Source of the DNA: a virus
Taxonomy: Duplodnaviria > Caudoviricetes
DNA: 64,000 nt
Virus record (IMG/VR): IMGVR_UViG_3300012667_000440
Location: 30,558-94,557 of that record
Reading direction: 5' to 3' (one strand)
The position numbers and the translations under genes are program-made. Shown here piece by piece: positions 40,101-48,511 of the stretch (its first letter is position 1; every line of letters starts with the position of its first letter). The notes beneath the pieces are model-generated. The model was given only the letters and a program-made list of their open reading frames with translations, was not told where the DNA came from and ran no database searches.

Positions 40101-41500
40101 ACAGCAACTTTGGAGATATTTGTTTATTTGCCAGTGGATATGGTAAGAGAGAATTTAGCGGAACAGTTTATAATCCACCGTTCCCTACCTATCAGCCTAA
40201 CGGTGAATATTATCCGTTTGGATACTGGCCTAAAACTGGTGTAGTTGAAATTTATATTCCAGACACTGCAAATAGACCGCACATATCGCTTGTTATGGAA
40301 GTTGAGCCTCCGGTGACTTATTATGATTTAGAAGGGAATTTAGTACCTTACACAAATCAACAAGGTTATCCTGGATTCTTAAATGCTCAACCTAGTCTAG
40401 GTGTATTAACTACTGGTAGTATTGTTATTACCGGAATTGATACAACTGGAATCGCTGTAGGTAATTCAGTCTATATCAGAGATCAATTAGGCAATGAAGG
40501 ATATGTGTCATCTGGAACAGTTGTTACTGATGTAGGATACCAGACAGTGACGTTGAATAAAGGATTAATCGGCGGTGGCCGAGATCCAAACTTTGAATCA
40601 AATCCAGATTTCTTTAATTTGTATTTCTGTGGAAATTCTTATTATACGGTATTATCGAGCGAAGTTAGTAATTCGTTTGGAAAGACTATCGGCGATCGAA
40701 TAATTCCCGCTAATCAATTAACGCCGGAAATAGACTCATTGACATTTATTAAAACTCGAATTGATGATCTCCTCACAAATGCCAATGTCAATTCTGCTGC
40801 AATTGCATTTGTAAACGCTCGCATTGATACAATTATTGATATTGTTGATGCTGCAACCGCCGAAGCTGCTGAATTAATTGTTCCTCAAAATTCTAGAATT
40901 AAGAAAGCTACTCCTCCTGCTGGTGCAAGTCTTGCTATCGAAACTATTAACAACAACAATGACGATATTGTTGCAGCTACTATTGCTTTTATTGATCTAA
41001 CATTTACTGACTACGATCACGAAAAATGTAAGAGAGATATTAGACTAATACTTCGACAACTAACATATGATTTAGAATTTGGGGGAAATTACCACTCTGT
41101 ATATTCTGGTTTAAGTTATTGGGTAAGAAGTGGAACACATCATATTGTTAATCTTGAAGAAGCTGTAAACAACACTTCATTATTTCCAGATGGTGCAATT
41201 GTTAACTTCTATCAACGCAGTTACATGAGTGCAAGCGGGTATGTATTTGAATATGTAGGCGCTGGTACTAACTATGGAGCATTACCTCAACGTGGAATTA
41301 AAGATCCTATACAAGGCAAAGAAGTCGTTCAAGTAAATAATGGTAAGGTGTTCTTTACCAGTACAGATCAGAACGGTGACTTTAGAATTGGTCCGGGACT
41401 AGTTGTAAGTCAGTCAACTGGTGTTCTAAGTGGTAGAACATTTACTAAATCACTATTTGCTAACTTAACACCGTTTATTTTAGCAATTGAAGGCGGCTAA
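34118..41500 (+). CDS. Giant virion structural protein (2460 aa) with a beta-helix-like domain and 10 CxRD helical repeats
   Basis: VLYVTMDGNDTNDG...RTISGA and SPYIQNCT...DAFTQINQGGRG motifs; ten repeats of (F/D)xYDxxKCxRDxGxIxD...GxxY. Confidence 0.75.
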   Translation: MAIGRISGPLLAKNLLRDGVDLAFETDLLYLDVTSGRIGIRKNNPAYELDVNGTINAKKLKATYTGPGTGTAEIGKLVISSGTISTSVGPVTIQPSGNDKINLIGDTTVTGNFHTTGNITADGDIVIGNSPDDNVIFDAEVASNIIPNADKTYSLGSTERNWLDAYVDNLVTNKISNPGNISINPGAGLLEINGEINAKGRNPIGTAPVVTNVLYVTMDGNDTNDGRAEDPSRACRTISGAVKSPYYRPGTLIRVNSGRYLENNPILMQPNTAIIGTDLRTTSIEPINKTQDLFHVQSGCYLAQMQFSNGRSGLLSGPYDSGSNRGAYATAFPPQVNGEKIDIYHSPYIQNCTNQTGPWLIDGTLFVPNQTVQVPVAVGTTTFPANTTTIVVTLSTGTISSGLNIISGPQTPGFFNARTLLLANKEFIKDQVVTYVNQTFPTFEYEQARCARDVGIIIENIAYDATFGGNEKSVEAGLAYYNGVINLIEGQQVQTTAAINYINTLTQLIIRNQAAPSISSNTVQIINTALVDGDIAAEELTTGINIITSIINSGTSVAPAIFKSCGPETPYVSAEILLQANRTFLQEEVTAYVDAQYPNFEYNKASCYRDVGLIIDAVSQDVVVGGNTKTLEAGLSYYTGSKGDSSVAAPYIASNILLLQDIILTGPSVAPDPVVGPNLGVGFSNANDLLKRNRNFVQTEVSAYVRSLFDNTFRLTQSQQNLCFRDIGLILDAIAEDTAAGGNANTVYAGLQYYNGLTSLLPGDQPQKTIDALTYMSSLCVNIVKNIQNTNLYQVLIPQVVNLPAATLVEYELVADNLNLITDIITTGPGIAADPEPIGLALTTNTNAINAFNILTANKNFLASELTDYIDNLYGNGFNYDESKCTRDTGLIVDSLAFDLLYQSNSQAIFAGLQYWNQGTTSIPNEISTTTSAINYAKQLAKSVVVNQEITALQSVSTQTIDLLNAGSVETTATIDTLFNTVTNIILNGTAGVSNQIVPNGIRTTDSGIVNSYNLLQANKLFIEDEVIAYVDATNNAFTYDQVKCSRDIGLIVDALSQDLLFNGTSQSNFTGLQYWNQTTTTIPGEVSTTTAAIQYVRDLSIKVINNDTSGYRYQSAVSQYTTSTGATIAQDQVVYDEFNLILDIINNGTANVSDRIVSNSLEISNNANTLIAYELLTANKSYIQAEAIAYVEAIKSLSFVYDVVKCSRDVGYMLDSVSFDLAYGGNRQAIQSGVYYYGFSTTSSAVPNEQAQVTAAYQYIKTIASYIVTGQRLPSQYQYDIEQVLSSNVGTTAESIIINDNIDLILTIVNAGPGAALSPVSISLTPSETAAVVNAAKLLSANKELIRAEVIAYINETFTGFVYDRTKCRRDVGYIIDCVSFDLLHSGNRQSIQAGVYYYGFSNTSSSLTYEISQATAAYNHIKLLARDIVKGVSIVPTSGNNETQVILGDVGTDIESAYIADDIDIITDIINNGPSAVYPRTPINLTASEDNNVINSYTLLLANREFIKSEIIAYINYYFKPKFVFDKIKCTRDTKLIVDSVALDLLYSGNTQSTFAGLQYWAQGSTQIPGEATTTTNAIEVARELAVSYLDTDPEIDVVLARFNLIIGIINNGTDGISDIIVPNQLPKTSTAVIASYQALLDNKAAIQADTIAWINTNNPGFVYDQTTCSRDIGYIIDCVAFDLLHGGNRQSVQAGVYYYGFDPLTTNVENEIPQVVAAYSYLKYMIKAVLQNNPLPRTYQIVYPQIIVPGYMGLASAIPGEENITVDAINYLKSLSSNIISNTPIAVIRSNATQVINTFFDKGEYAETAVNKNYDIISNIILNGPGVAPIEYAGSGFFATTGVSSNDVRESPKIIAITTQTDNVYTIKLSNATVGAVSNGTLYFGNTSVFPIQDSEVEQLSLEYTGSTSTWNSRKVDPIGGMGGSLVDGAVVSDRSPIQSFVYDAFTQINQGGRGIHITNNGYAQLVSVFTVFCSIGVQVDNGGIASIVNSNSNFGDICLFASGYGKREFSGTVYNPPFPTYQPNGEYYPFGYWPKTGVVEIYIPDTANRPHISLVMEVEPPVTYYDLEGNLVPYTNQQGYPGFLNAQPSLGVLTTGSIVITGIDTTGIAVGNSVYIRDQLGNEGYVSSGTVVTDVGYQTVTLNKGLIGGGRDPNFESNPDFFNLYFCGNSYYTVLSSEVSNSFGKTIGDRIIPANQLTPEIDSLTFIKTRIDDLLTNANVNSAAIAFVNARIDTIIDIVDAATAEAAELIVPQNSRIKKATPPAGASLAIETINNNNDDIVAATIAFIDLTFTDYDHEKCKRDIRLILRQLTYDLEFGGNYHSVYSGLSYWVRSGTHHIVNLEEAVNNTSLFPDGAIVNFYQRSYMSASGYVFEYVGAGTNYGALPQRGIKDPIQGKEVVQVNNGKVFFTSTDQNGDFRIGPGLVVSQSTGVLSGRTFTKSLFANLTPFILAIEGG

Positions 41501-41512
41501 TAAGGAAAAATT

Positions 41513-41896
41513 ATGGCATTATTACCATTAAACGTATTTAAAACTAAAACAGCAATACTAACAACTAGTACTACTGCTACTGTTTACACAGCACCGATTG
41601 GTGTTACTTCTATTATTTTAATGACACAGGTGTCAAATGTAAGCACACAGACGCATACTGTGTCATTCAGTCACCATCGAAATCTTCCGGTGTTGCGAGA
41701 TGCACAAGGAAATGGCGCTCAGGATGGAAATGTTACTACTGAAATGATTAAAGATTTTGCTATTCCGCCCAATGATGCTGCTAGTATGACAACTGGCAAA
41801 ATGATTATTGAAAGTTTGGATAGTGTTCGCTGCTATGCTGATGTAGAAGGTGCTATGAAACTAACTATGAGTATATTGGAGACTGCTAATGCCTAA
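41513..41896 (+). CDS. Small virion adaptor-like protein (paralog 2 of 3)
   Basis: VYTAP.GVTSIILMTQVSNV...FAIPPNDA....GKMIIESLDSV. Confidence 0.65.
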   Translation: MALLPLNVFKTKTAILTTSTTATVYTAPIGVTSIILMTQVSNVSTQTHTVSFSHHRNLPVLRDAQGNGAQDGNVTTEMIKDFAIPPNDAASMTTGKMIIESLDSVRCYADVEGAMKLTMSILETANA

Positions 41897-44800
41897 TTTA
41901 ATAAGCGGTCGTGTAAAAACTACTGGGCAAAGTCAGTTACAAGACGATCGTTTTCAATTCTTAGACCTTACGCAGGCACAACCTGCGTTGGGATTAACAC
42001 CATCTACGACTACTGGATTTACTTTGGTAAATTTTGGGTCCGGTGTTGTATATTCTAACAGTCTAGGTAATTTAGTTTTTTCAACAGGCACTATCAGTTC
42101 TAACTTGCCTGATGGTAATGTTACACTGCAAGTAACAAATAGTGGTACTATACAAATTGTAGGAGACATGGTATTTGCTAACACTGCAAGTACCATTACT
42201 CTCGGCGGCAGAGCAAGTGATCGTATTCCTAACTACTATATGGGAAATGAACCTCCTGCTGATACTATTTTTCACGAAGGCGACGAGTGGTACGATCCTA
42301 CAAACGATGTATTGTATATCTACACATTGGATGCTGACGGATATGCTTGGGTAGATATTTCTGGACCATTTTTTAGCACAACAGTTGCGCGATTTGGTTT
42401 TGTGGGAAGTCAAGGAAATCCTGGGTTTGTAGGAAGTCAAGGTGTTCAGGGACCTGCAGGAGGCTACACAGGTAGTCGTGGCGACACAGGATACGTTGGT
42501 AGCGATGGTTCTATTGGATATACCGGAAGTCGAGGCGTTGTTGGATTTTTAGGAAGTCTTGGATATACGGGTAGTGAAGGGCTTCGAGGGTTTACTGGGA
42601 GCACTGGATTTACTGGTAGTCAAGGTGACACTGGATATACTGGCAGTCGTGGTAGCTTAGGTTATACAGGAAGTCAAGCCTATACAGGAAGTAGAGGATT
42701 TGATGGATCACGTGGATTTACTGGATTTACTGGTAGTCAAGGTAATGATGGATATACGGGCAGCACAGGATTAAACGGTAGTAGAGGATATACAGGCAGT
42801 CGAGGATATACAGGAAGCCGTGGACTTCAAGGTTTTGACGGAAGCCGTGGATATACTGGTAGTCAAGGTGACACCGGATACTATGGTAGCCGAGGCGATA
42901 CTGGATTTACTGGTAGTCAAGGTGATCTTGGATATACAGGAAGTCGGGGATTTACTGGATATGACGGAAGTCGCGGTGATACCGGATATGATGGCAGTCA
43001 GGGATTTACCGGTTCACAGGGGTTCTTTGGAAGCCGTGGATTCTTTGGTAGTCGAGGGTTTACTGGTTTTACAGGTAGTCTTGGCTATACAGGATCTGCT
43101 GGTTATGTAGGTAGTCGAGGTCTAGTAGGTTATACAGGCTCTACGGGCAGCTTGGGATATGTAGGTAGTAAAGGATATGACGGTAGTTTTGGTTACACTG
43201 GTAGCTCAAGCACAGAAATTGGCTTCACAGGATCAATAGGATTCACCGGTAGTCGCGGATATGACGGAAGTCGAGGCGATACTGGATTTATTGGTAGTCA
43301 AGGTGAACTTGGATATACTGGTAGTCAGGGAACTGGCGGATATATAGGAAGTCAGGGTGATACCGGCTATACGGGAAGTCAAGGTGATCTTGGATATACC
43401 GGTAGTCAAGGAACTGGCGGATATACTGGTAGTCAAGGTGATATTGGCTACACAGGCAGTCAAGGTGATCTTGGATTTATTGGTAGTCAAGGTGATATTG
43501 GCTATGTTGGTAGTAGTGGTTCATTCGGTGGCATTGGATATACAGGAAGTCAGGGTGATACCGGATATATAGGAAGTCAAGGTGATATCGGCTATACGGG
43601 AAGTCAAGGTGAACTTGGATTTACTGGCAGCAATGGATTTACTGGTTCGGGCGGAATTGGATTTACTGGCAGTCAAGGTGATACTGGATTTATTGGTTCT
43701 AGAGGTGATACTGGATATACTGGTAGCAATGGATTTACTGGTTCAGGAGGAATTGGATTTACTGGATCAATTGGATTTACTGGTAGTCAAGGTATTACTG
43801 GATTTATTGGTTCTAGAGGTGATACTGGATTTGTTGGAAGTGCCAGTAACGCTGCTGGTTATGCAGGCAGTCAGGGTATTATTGGATTTACTGGATCAAC
43901 TGGTAATATTGGATATACAGGAAGTCGGGGCGATATTGGATATGTTGGATCAGCAAGCACTGCTGCTGGTTATGCAGGCAGCATAGGATATACAGGTTCT
44001 ATTGGTGTAGGATATACTGGATCAACGGGCGCAGGTTTTATTGGCAGTCAAGGTATTATTGGATTCACTGGCTCAATTGGATATGTTGGATCAGGCGGAT
44101 TAGGATATACCGGAAGCACAGGTCAGGCAATTTCAGCTACTCCGACATCTTTAGGAACTGTATATGCACTGACTACGCCAACTGGAAGTAATGTCGCTTT
44201 GGGATTTTGTGCTCTTAACTTAACTGCTTCAGGTACAAATAACTTTGCTGCTGGATGTTTTACCCTCGTTTGTAATACCGGCGGATCCAACAATAATGCA
44301 CAAGGTTACCAAGCACTTTGTGGCAACATTGGCGGCAATAATAATATTGCAATCGGTTGCAATTCTCTGCGTAATAATACTAACGGAACTGCGAATATTG
44401 CTCTGGGATTTAATGCATTAGGATGCAATACTACTGGTAATACTAATATTGCTATAGGACAATGTGCGTTATTAAGAAATGCAAACAGCAACAATAGTAT
44501 TGCTATCGGGTGTTTGTCATTGGCTAATAGCGTAGCAAGCACTAACATTGGTATAGGTGCATGTGCTGGGTGTTCCATTACTACCGGAGTTGGCAATACG
44601 GTTATAGGTTCGTTACCAGGCGTCGATGCATTAACAAATACTGTGTTGATTGGTGCAGGAACAACCGAACGTATTAAAGTAGATTCTACTGGTCTATACA
44701 TTAACGGCACTTTATTTAACGGTAGCGGTAGTGGAACAGCAGCTACTCCTACATCATTGGGCACTGTGTTTGGATATACATCTGCTAATACCAATGTTGC

Positions 44801-45620
44801 TGTTGGATGGTGTGCAGGCAATACAACAATGACAAATAATTGTAATATTGCAATCGGTTATTGGGCATTACGAGATTTGTCGACAGGTAGTAATAATGTT
44901 GCCATCGGTGGAACAGCAATGGGATGCGCAACAGGAGGTTCGGGAAATACAGCAATTGGCCATTGTGCATTGCATGGTACGACTGGTAATGATAATACTG
45001 CTATTGGATGTTTAGCACTTGTAAATCCAGCTGGATGCAATAACATTGCAATTGGTAGAAGAGCATTGTGTGATAATACACTCGGCAGTAACAATATTGC
45101 AATAGGATTATGCACTCTTCGATATAATACAGGCGGTAGTAGTAATATAGCACTCGGGTGTTTTGCATTAGCAAATAATACTATTGGTTTTGAAAATCTA
45201 GCAATAGGTTGCGGAGCTTTGTGTAACAATATCGGTGGTTATAGTAATGTAGCATTAGGAAGTCTACCGTTAAGATCTAATCTATTAGGTTGTAGTAATA
45301 TTGCAATTGGTAAATGTTCTCTTAATTCCAATACTCTTGGTAATTTTAACATTGCTCAAGGAGATTATTCTTTAAGTAGTAACACAACTGGTTATAATAA
45401 TATAGCAATTGGGGTGTGTGCTGGATGCAATATCACTACTGGTGTTAACAACACAGTTATTGGTTCATTACCAGCAGCCGCAGGATGTGTTTGCACACTG
45501 TTATTAGGTGCCGGTACATGTGAGCGTATTAAAGTTGATAATAATGGACTTTATGTTAACGGCTTGCTAACTAATAACAGCGTCGGTTATGCCTATATTA
45601 TGGCAAGTATTTTTGGATAA
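41889..45620 (+). CDS. Collagen-like fibre protein with a Cys-rich YadA-head-like C-terminal region
   Basis: About 580 aa of Gly-X-Y (G[FY][TVID]GS[QR]) followed by NIAIGxxAL repeats; ends YAYIMASIFG. Confidence 0.8.
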   Translation: MPNLISGRVKTTGQSQLQDDRFQFLDLTQAQPALGLTPSTTTGFTLVNFGSGVVYSNSLGNLVFSTGTISSNLPDGNVTLQVTNSGTIQIVGDMVFANTASTITLGGRASDRIPNYYMGNEPPADTIFHEGDEWYDPTNDVLYIYTLDADGYAWVDISGPFFSTTVARFGFVGSQGNPGFVGSQGVQGPAGGYTGSRGDTGYVGSDGSIGYTGSRGVVGFLGSLGYTGSEGLRGFTGSTGFTGSQGDTGYTGSRGSLGYTGSQAYTGSRGFDGSRGFTGFTGSQGNDGYTGSTGLNGSRGYTGSRGYTGSRGLQGFDGSRGYTGSQGDTGYYGSRGDTGFTGSQGDLGYTGSRGFTGYDGSRGDTGYDGSQGFTGSQGFFGSRGFFGSRGFTGFTGSLGYTGSAGYVGSRGLVGYTGSTGSLGYVGSKGYDGSFGYTGSSSTEIGFTGSIGFTGSRGYDGSRGDTGFIGSQGELGYTGSQGTGGYIGSQGDTGYTGSQGDLGYTGSQGTGGYTGSQGDIGYTGSQGDLGFIGSQGDIGYVGSSGSFGGIGYTGSQGDTGYIGSQGDIGYTGSQGELGFTGSNGFTGSGGIGFTGSQGDTGFIGSRGDTGYTGSNGFTGSGGIGFTGSIGFTGSQGITGFIGSRGDTGFVGSASNAAGYAGSQGIIGFTGSTGNIGYTGSRGDIGYVGSASTAAGYAGSIGYTGSIGVGYTGSTGAGFIGSQGIIGFTGSIGYVGSGGLGYTGSTGQAISATPTSLGTVYALTTPTGSNVALGFCALNLTASGTNNFAAGCFTLVCNTGGSNNNAQGYQALCGNIGGNNNIAIGCNSLRNNTNGTANIALGFNALGCNTTGNTNIAIGQCALLRNANSNNSIAIGCLSLANSVASTNIGIGACAGCSITTGVGNTVIGSLPGVDALTNTVLIGAGTTERIKVDSTGLYINGTLFNGSGSGTAATPTSLGTVFGYTSANTNVAVGWCAGNTTMTNNCNIAIGYWALRDLSTGSNNVAIGGTAMGCATGGSGNTAIGHCALHGTTGNDNTAIGCLALVNPAGCNNIAIGRRALCDNTLGSNNIAIGLCTLRYNTGGSSNIALGCFALANNTIGFENLAIGCGALCNNIGGYSNVALGSLPLRSNLLGCSNIAIGKCSLNSNTLGNFNIAQGDYSLSSNTTGYNNIAIGVCAGCNITTGVNNTVIGSLPAAAGCVCTLLLGAGTCERIKVDNNGLYVNGLLTNNSVGYAYIMASIFG
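42396..44122 (+). repeat. Collagen-like G-[FY]-x-G-S-x coding repeat
   Basis: Degenerate 18/27-bp periodicity (ggatatactggtagtcaaggtgat and variants). Confidence 0.9.
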
Positions 45621-45629
45621 GGAAAAATT

Positions 45630-45992
45630 ATGACAGCACCTAACATGCTAGCGATAACATCGATATTGGGAAAAACTGCGGTACAGGCAGTGGGAACATC
45701 TGCTACAGCATTTTTAACAAATGCCGCTAACTCTAATAAAGTATTAAAATTAACATCTCTTTATGTTTCGAATGTAAACGGCACAGTTGCAGCAGATGTT
45801 ACTATAGATCTTTTTAGATCAGCAGCTGCTTACGAAATTGCATCTACTGTATCTGTTCCGCCCGATGCGACTATCGTAATAGTTAATAAAGAAAGCCCGA
45901 TATATATCGAAGAAGGGGATAGTTTACGATCCCTAGGATCTCTTACTGGCGCCTTAAAAATTGTTTGTGCATACGAAGAAATTAGCTCATGA
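45630..45992 (+). CDS. Small virion adaptor-like protein (paralog 3 of 3)
   Basis: NAANSNKVLKLTSLYVSNVNG...VSVPPDAT......PIYIEEGDSL...YEEIS. Confidence 0.65.
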   Translation: MTAPNMLAITSILGKTAVQAVGTSATAFLTNAANSNKVLKLTSLYVSNVNGTVAADVTIDLFRSAAAYEIASTVSVPPDATIVIVNKESPIYIEEGDSLRSLGSLTGALKIVCAYEEISS

Positions 45993-47653
45993 ATGATATA
46001 AGAGGAAATGGTAGTTATATTGGAGCCTCGGTCCAATTTGACGATGAAGATCGTTATATAAATGGAGCACCGGCGACTAACAGTATTCTCACCTATGTAG
46101 GTGGAAGAACACAATCCGGTGCAGGAACCATTAATAATATCTCAATCTCATTATCTAATTTAACTGGAGGAACTGACACATCTCCTCAACCGGGCGACCT
46201 AGTAATAGTTACAATAGAACTTTGCGGAACTACTAATAAAACTTATAGGATATCCGGTTATACTCCTATTGCAGACTTATATGCAAATGCTCTCGAAGAT
46301 TCAAACCCGCAAGTTGGTTATAAATTTATGGGGGGAATACCCGATTCTTCTGTAACTATAACAGGCGGGACTGATTCTGTAGCTGACGGATATGCTGCAA
46401 TAGTGCATGTATGGAGAAATGTAGATTTCAGTAGTCCATTGGATGTTGCGGTTACTACAAACACACAAGCTGGAACAGGAATTCCTAACCCTCCGTCTAT
46501 TTTGCCTATTACTGCTGGATCTGTAATATTGGTAATAGCGGGAACTGCACACAGCGGAGGGGCTGATACTTTTACTGCACCTTATTTAAATAATTTTAGA
46601 ACAGTTGGCGGAAATGGAACTAATGATGCTACTGTAGGCATGGGAAGTATAGCTTGGACTGGCGGAGTTTATGATCCAGCACCTTGGACTTTTTCAAATC
46701 CAGATAGTGTAGACTTCTCAAATAATTCAATCACGGTAGCATTGAGGCCAGCAACAACATTAGCTGTATTAGGAAATTATAAAAATTCCGGAATATGGGA
46801 CTTAAATTCTGTTGCAGAGTCATGGATTAGACCCGGTCAGCAATTATTTACGCAGGCAACTGCATGGACTGTTCCGGCAGGAGTTACTAAAGTATCGGCC
46901 GTAGTAGTCGGGGGTGGTGGCGGAGGTGCAGGCGGTGATGGCGGCCGCGGAGAACCTAACACCGGCGGAGGTGGTGGTGGCCTTAGTTGGGCAAGATTTA
47001 AAGTAACTCCTGGAGAAACACTGACTATTGCAGTTGGTGCAGGTGGCACTAGTATTACAGGATCAGACGGAACTGCTGGAGGTTTGTCATCTATTTCTAG
47101 AAGCGGAGTTGATTTAGTTGTTGCCGGTGGTGGCAGTGGCGGATTTGAAAGAAATGAAGGTCCAGGAGGAACTGGTGGTACTCACAGTGTAGGAGCTGTA
47201 TATGCAGGCGGCGGCGGAAATGGCGGCTCGGGCGGTGCTGCTAATGACGGTAGTGGTGGATCAGGTGGCGGAGGCGCTGGAGGATATTCGGGAAATGGCG
47301 GCACCGGTGGATCTAGCGGTGGAACTAATGGGTTAGCAGGAGTCGGCGGAGCAGGCGGTGGCGGTGGCGGAAGAAGCGGCACTACTGGAATAGCCGGTAG
47401 CGGCGGCGGCACGGGATTATTTGGAGAAGGTGCTCTGGGTGCAGGAGGCACTGCTTCTAACGGTGGCGGCGGCGGATCAGGCGGAGGCAACGGATTAACT
47501 GACGTTACTGGAGTCGGCGGTGGTGCATACGGTGGTGGCGGTGGTGCTCGAACTGACCAAGCTGGCACAGGATCGGAGGGAGCTCCGGGTGCAGTTAGAA
47601 TAATATGGGGAACTGGCAGAACTTACCCTTCTACGAGAACGGCAGACGAATAA
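45989..47653 (+). CDS. Glycine-rich-domain tail/fibre tip protein
   Basis: WTVPAGVTKVSAVVVGGGGGG...V.PGETL.I.VGAGG...GAVRIIWG frames a glycine-rich domain; N-terminal beta-sandwich. Confidence 0.7.
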   Translation: MNDIRGNGSYIGASVQFDDEDRYINGAPATNSILTYVGGRTQSGAGTINNISISLSNLTGGTDTSPQPGDLVIVTIELCGTTNKTYRISGYTPIADLYANALEDSNPQVGYKFMGGIPDSSVTITGGTDSVADGYAAIVHVWRNVDFSSPLDVAVTTNTQAGTGIPNPPSILPITAGSVILVIAGTAHSGGADTFTAPYLNNFRTVGGNGTNDATVGMGSIAWTGGVYDPAPWTFSNPDSVDFSNNSITVALRPATTLAVLGNYKNSGIWDLNSVAESWIRPGQQLFTQATAWTVPAGVTKVSAVVVGGGGGGAGGDGGRGEPNTGGGGGGLSWARFKVTPGETLTIAVGAGGTSITGSDGTAGGLSSISRSGVDLVVAGGGSGGFERNEGPGGTGGTHSVGAVYAGGGGNGGSGGAANDGSGGSGGGGAGGYSGNGGTGGSSGGTNGLAGVGGAGGGGGGRSGTTGIAGSGGGTGLFGEGALGAGGTASNGGGGGSGGGNGLTDVTGVGGGAYGGGGGARTDQAGTGSEGAPGAVRIIWGTGRTYPSTRTADE

Positions 47654-47698
47654 GATGAAAAAAGATTGTGAAAAAATTATAACAACGAAAGGATTTGT

Positions 47699-48511
47699 AT
47701 GTCATTTCCAGTAAATCCCATAGCAGGACAAAAGACAACACGAAATGGCATTGTCTATGCCTATTCGACTGCAACCAATAGCTGGCGAAGAGATTTTAAT
47801 AATGTGTTAGATCAGTTAACCATTGCGGGAATTTACAGTTCTACTGACACAAATACTGGTGCATTAATTGTCTACGGTGGTGTTGGTATTGGCGAAAATT
47901 TAAATGTAGCTGGACAACTTAATGTGGGCGGCGAAGTTAATCTTAGTCCCAATGGTGCAGATGTTAATATTTTACCCAGTGTAGGTGGAACTGTTTTAAT
48001 ATATCCAAGCCAATATGGGTTTATGGACAATATGATTATTGGAGGAACACAACCTAGGATTGGTTACTTTTCTGATATTGTTGTTCGAGGCACTTCGAAT
48101 TCAGTATCTACTACCACTGGAGCGTTAACAGTTGCTGGCGGTGCAGGCATTGGACAAGATCTGTGGGTAGGTGGCACAATTTATCAAAATGGTTTACCTA
48201 TTGGAGGATCGACCACTTACAATTGGATTACTACAAATACAAATTATACAGCAGTTACCAATGATCATATTTTTGTTGATACTTCAATAGGTTCAGTAAC
48301 AGTGACATTACCAGCTACACCGGGCATTGGGGACAATGTTACATTTGTTGACTATGCAGGAACTTGCGGGACAAATCCATTAGTGTTTAACAGAAACGGT
48401 GAGTTAATTATGGGGTTAGCTGAAGATCTCGTAGTAGATGTATTCAACGCAGCAAACATGCTGATATATTCAGGTGCAACTTATGGTTGGAAAATAGGAG
48501 CGGTACTCTAA
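47699..48511 (+). CDS. Tail fibre connector protein with a C-terminal gp9/gp10-like domain
   Basis: MSFPVNP..GQ...NG..Y N-terminus; TGALxVxGGVGIG repeats; FVDTS.GSVTVTLPATP.IGD.V.FVD..G....NPL motif. Confidence 0.6.
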   Translation: MSFPVNPIAGQKTTRNGIVYAYSTATNSWRRDFNNVLDQLTIAGIYSSTDTNTGALIVYGGVGIGENLNVAGQLNVGGEVNLSPNGADVNILPSVGGTVLIYPSQYGFMDNMIIGGTQPRIGYFSDIVVRGTSNSVSTTTGALTVAGGAGIGQDLWVGGTIYQNGLPIGGSTTYNWITTNTNYTAVTNDHIFVDTSIGSVTVTLPATPGIGDNVTFVDYAGTCGTNPLVFNRNGELIMGLAEDLVVDVFNAANMLIYSGATYGWKIGAVL

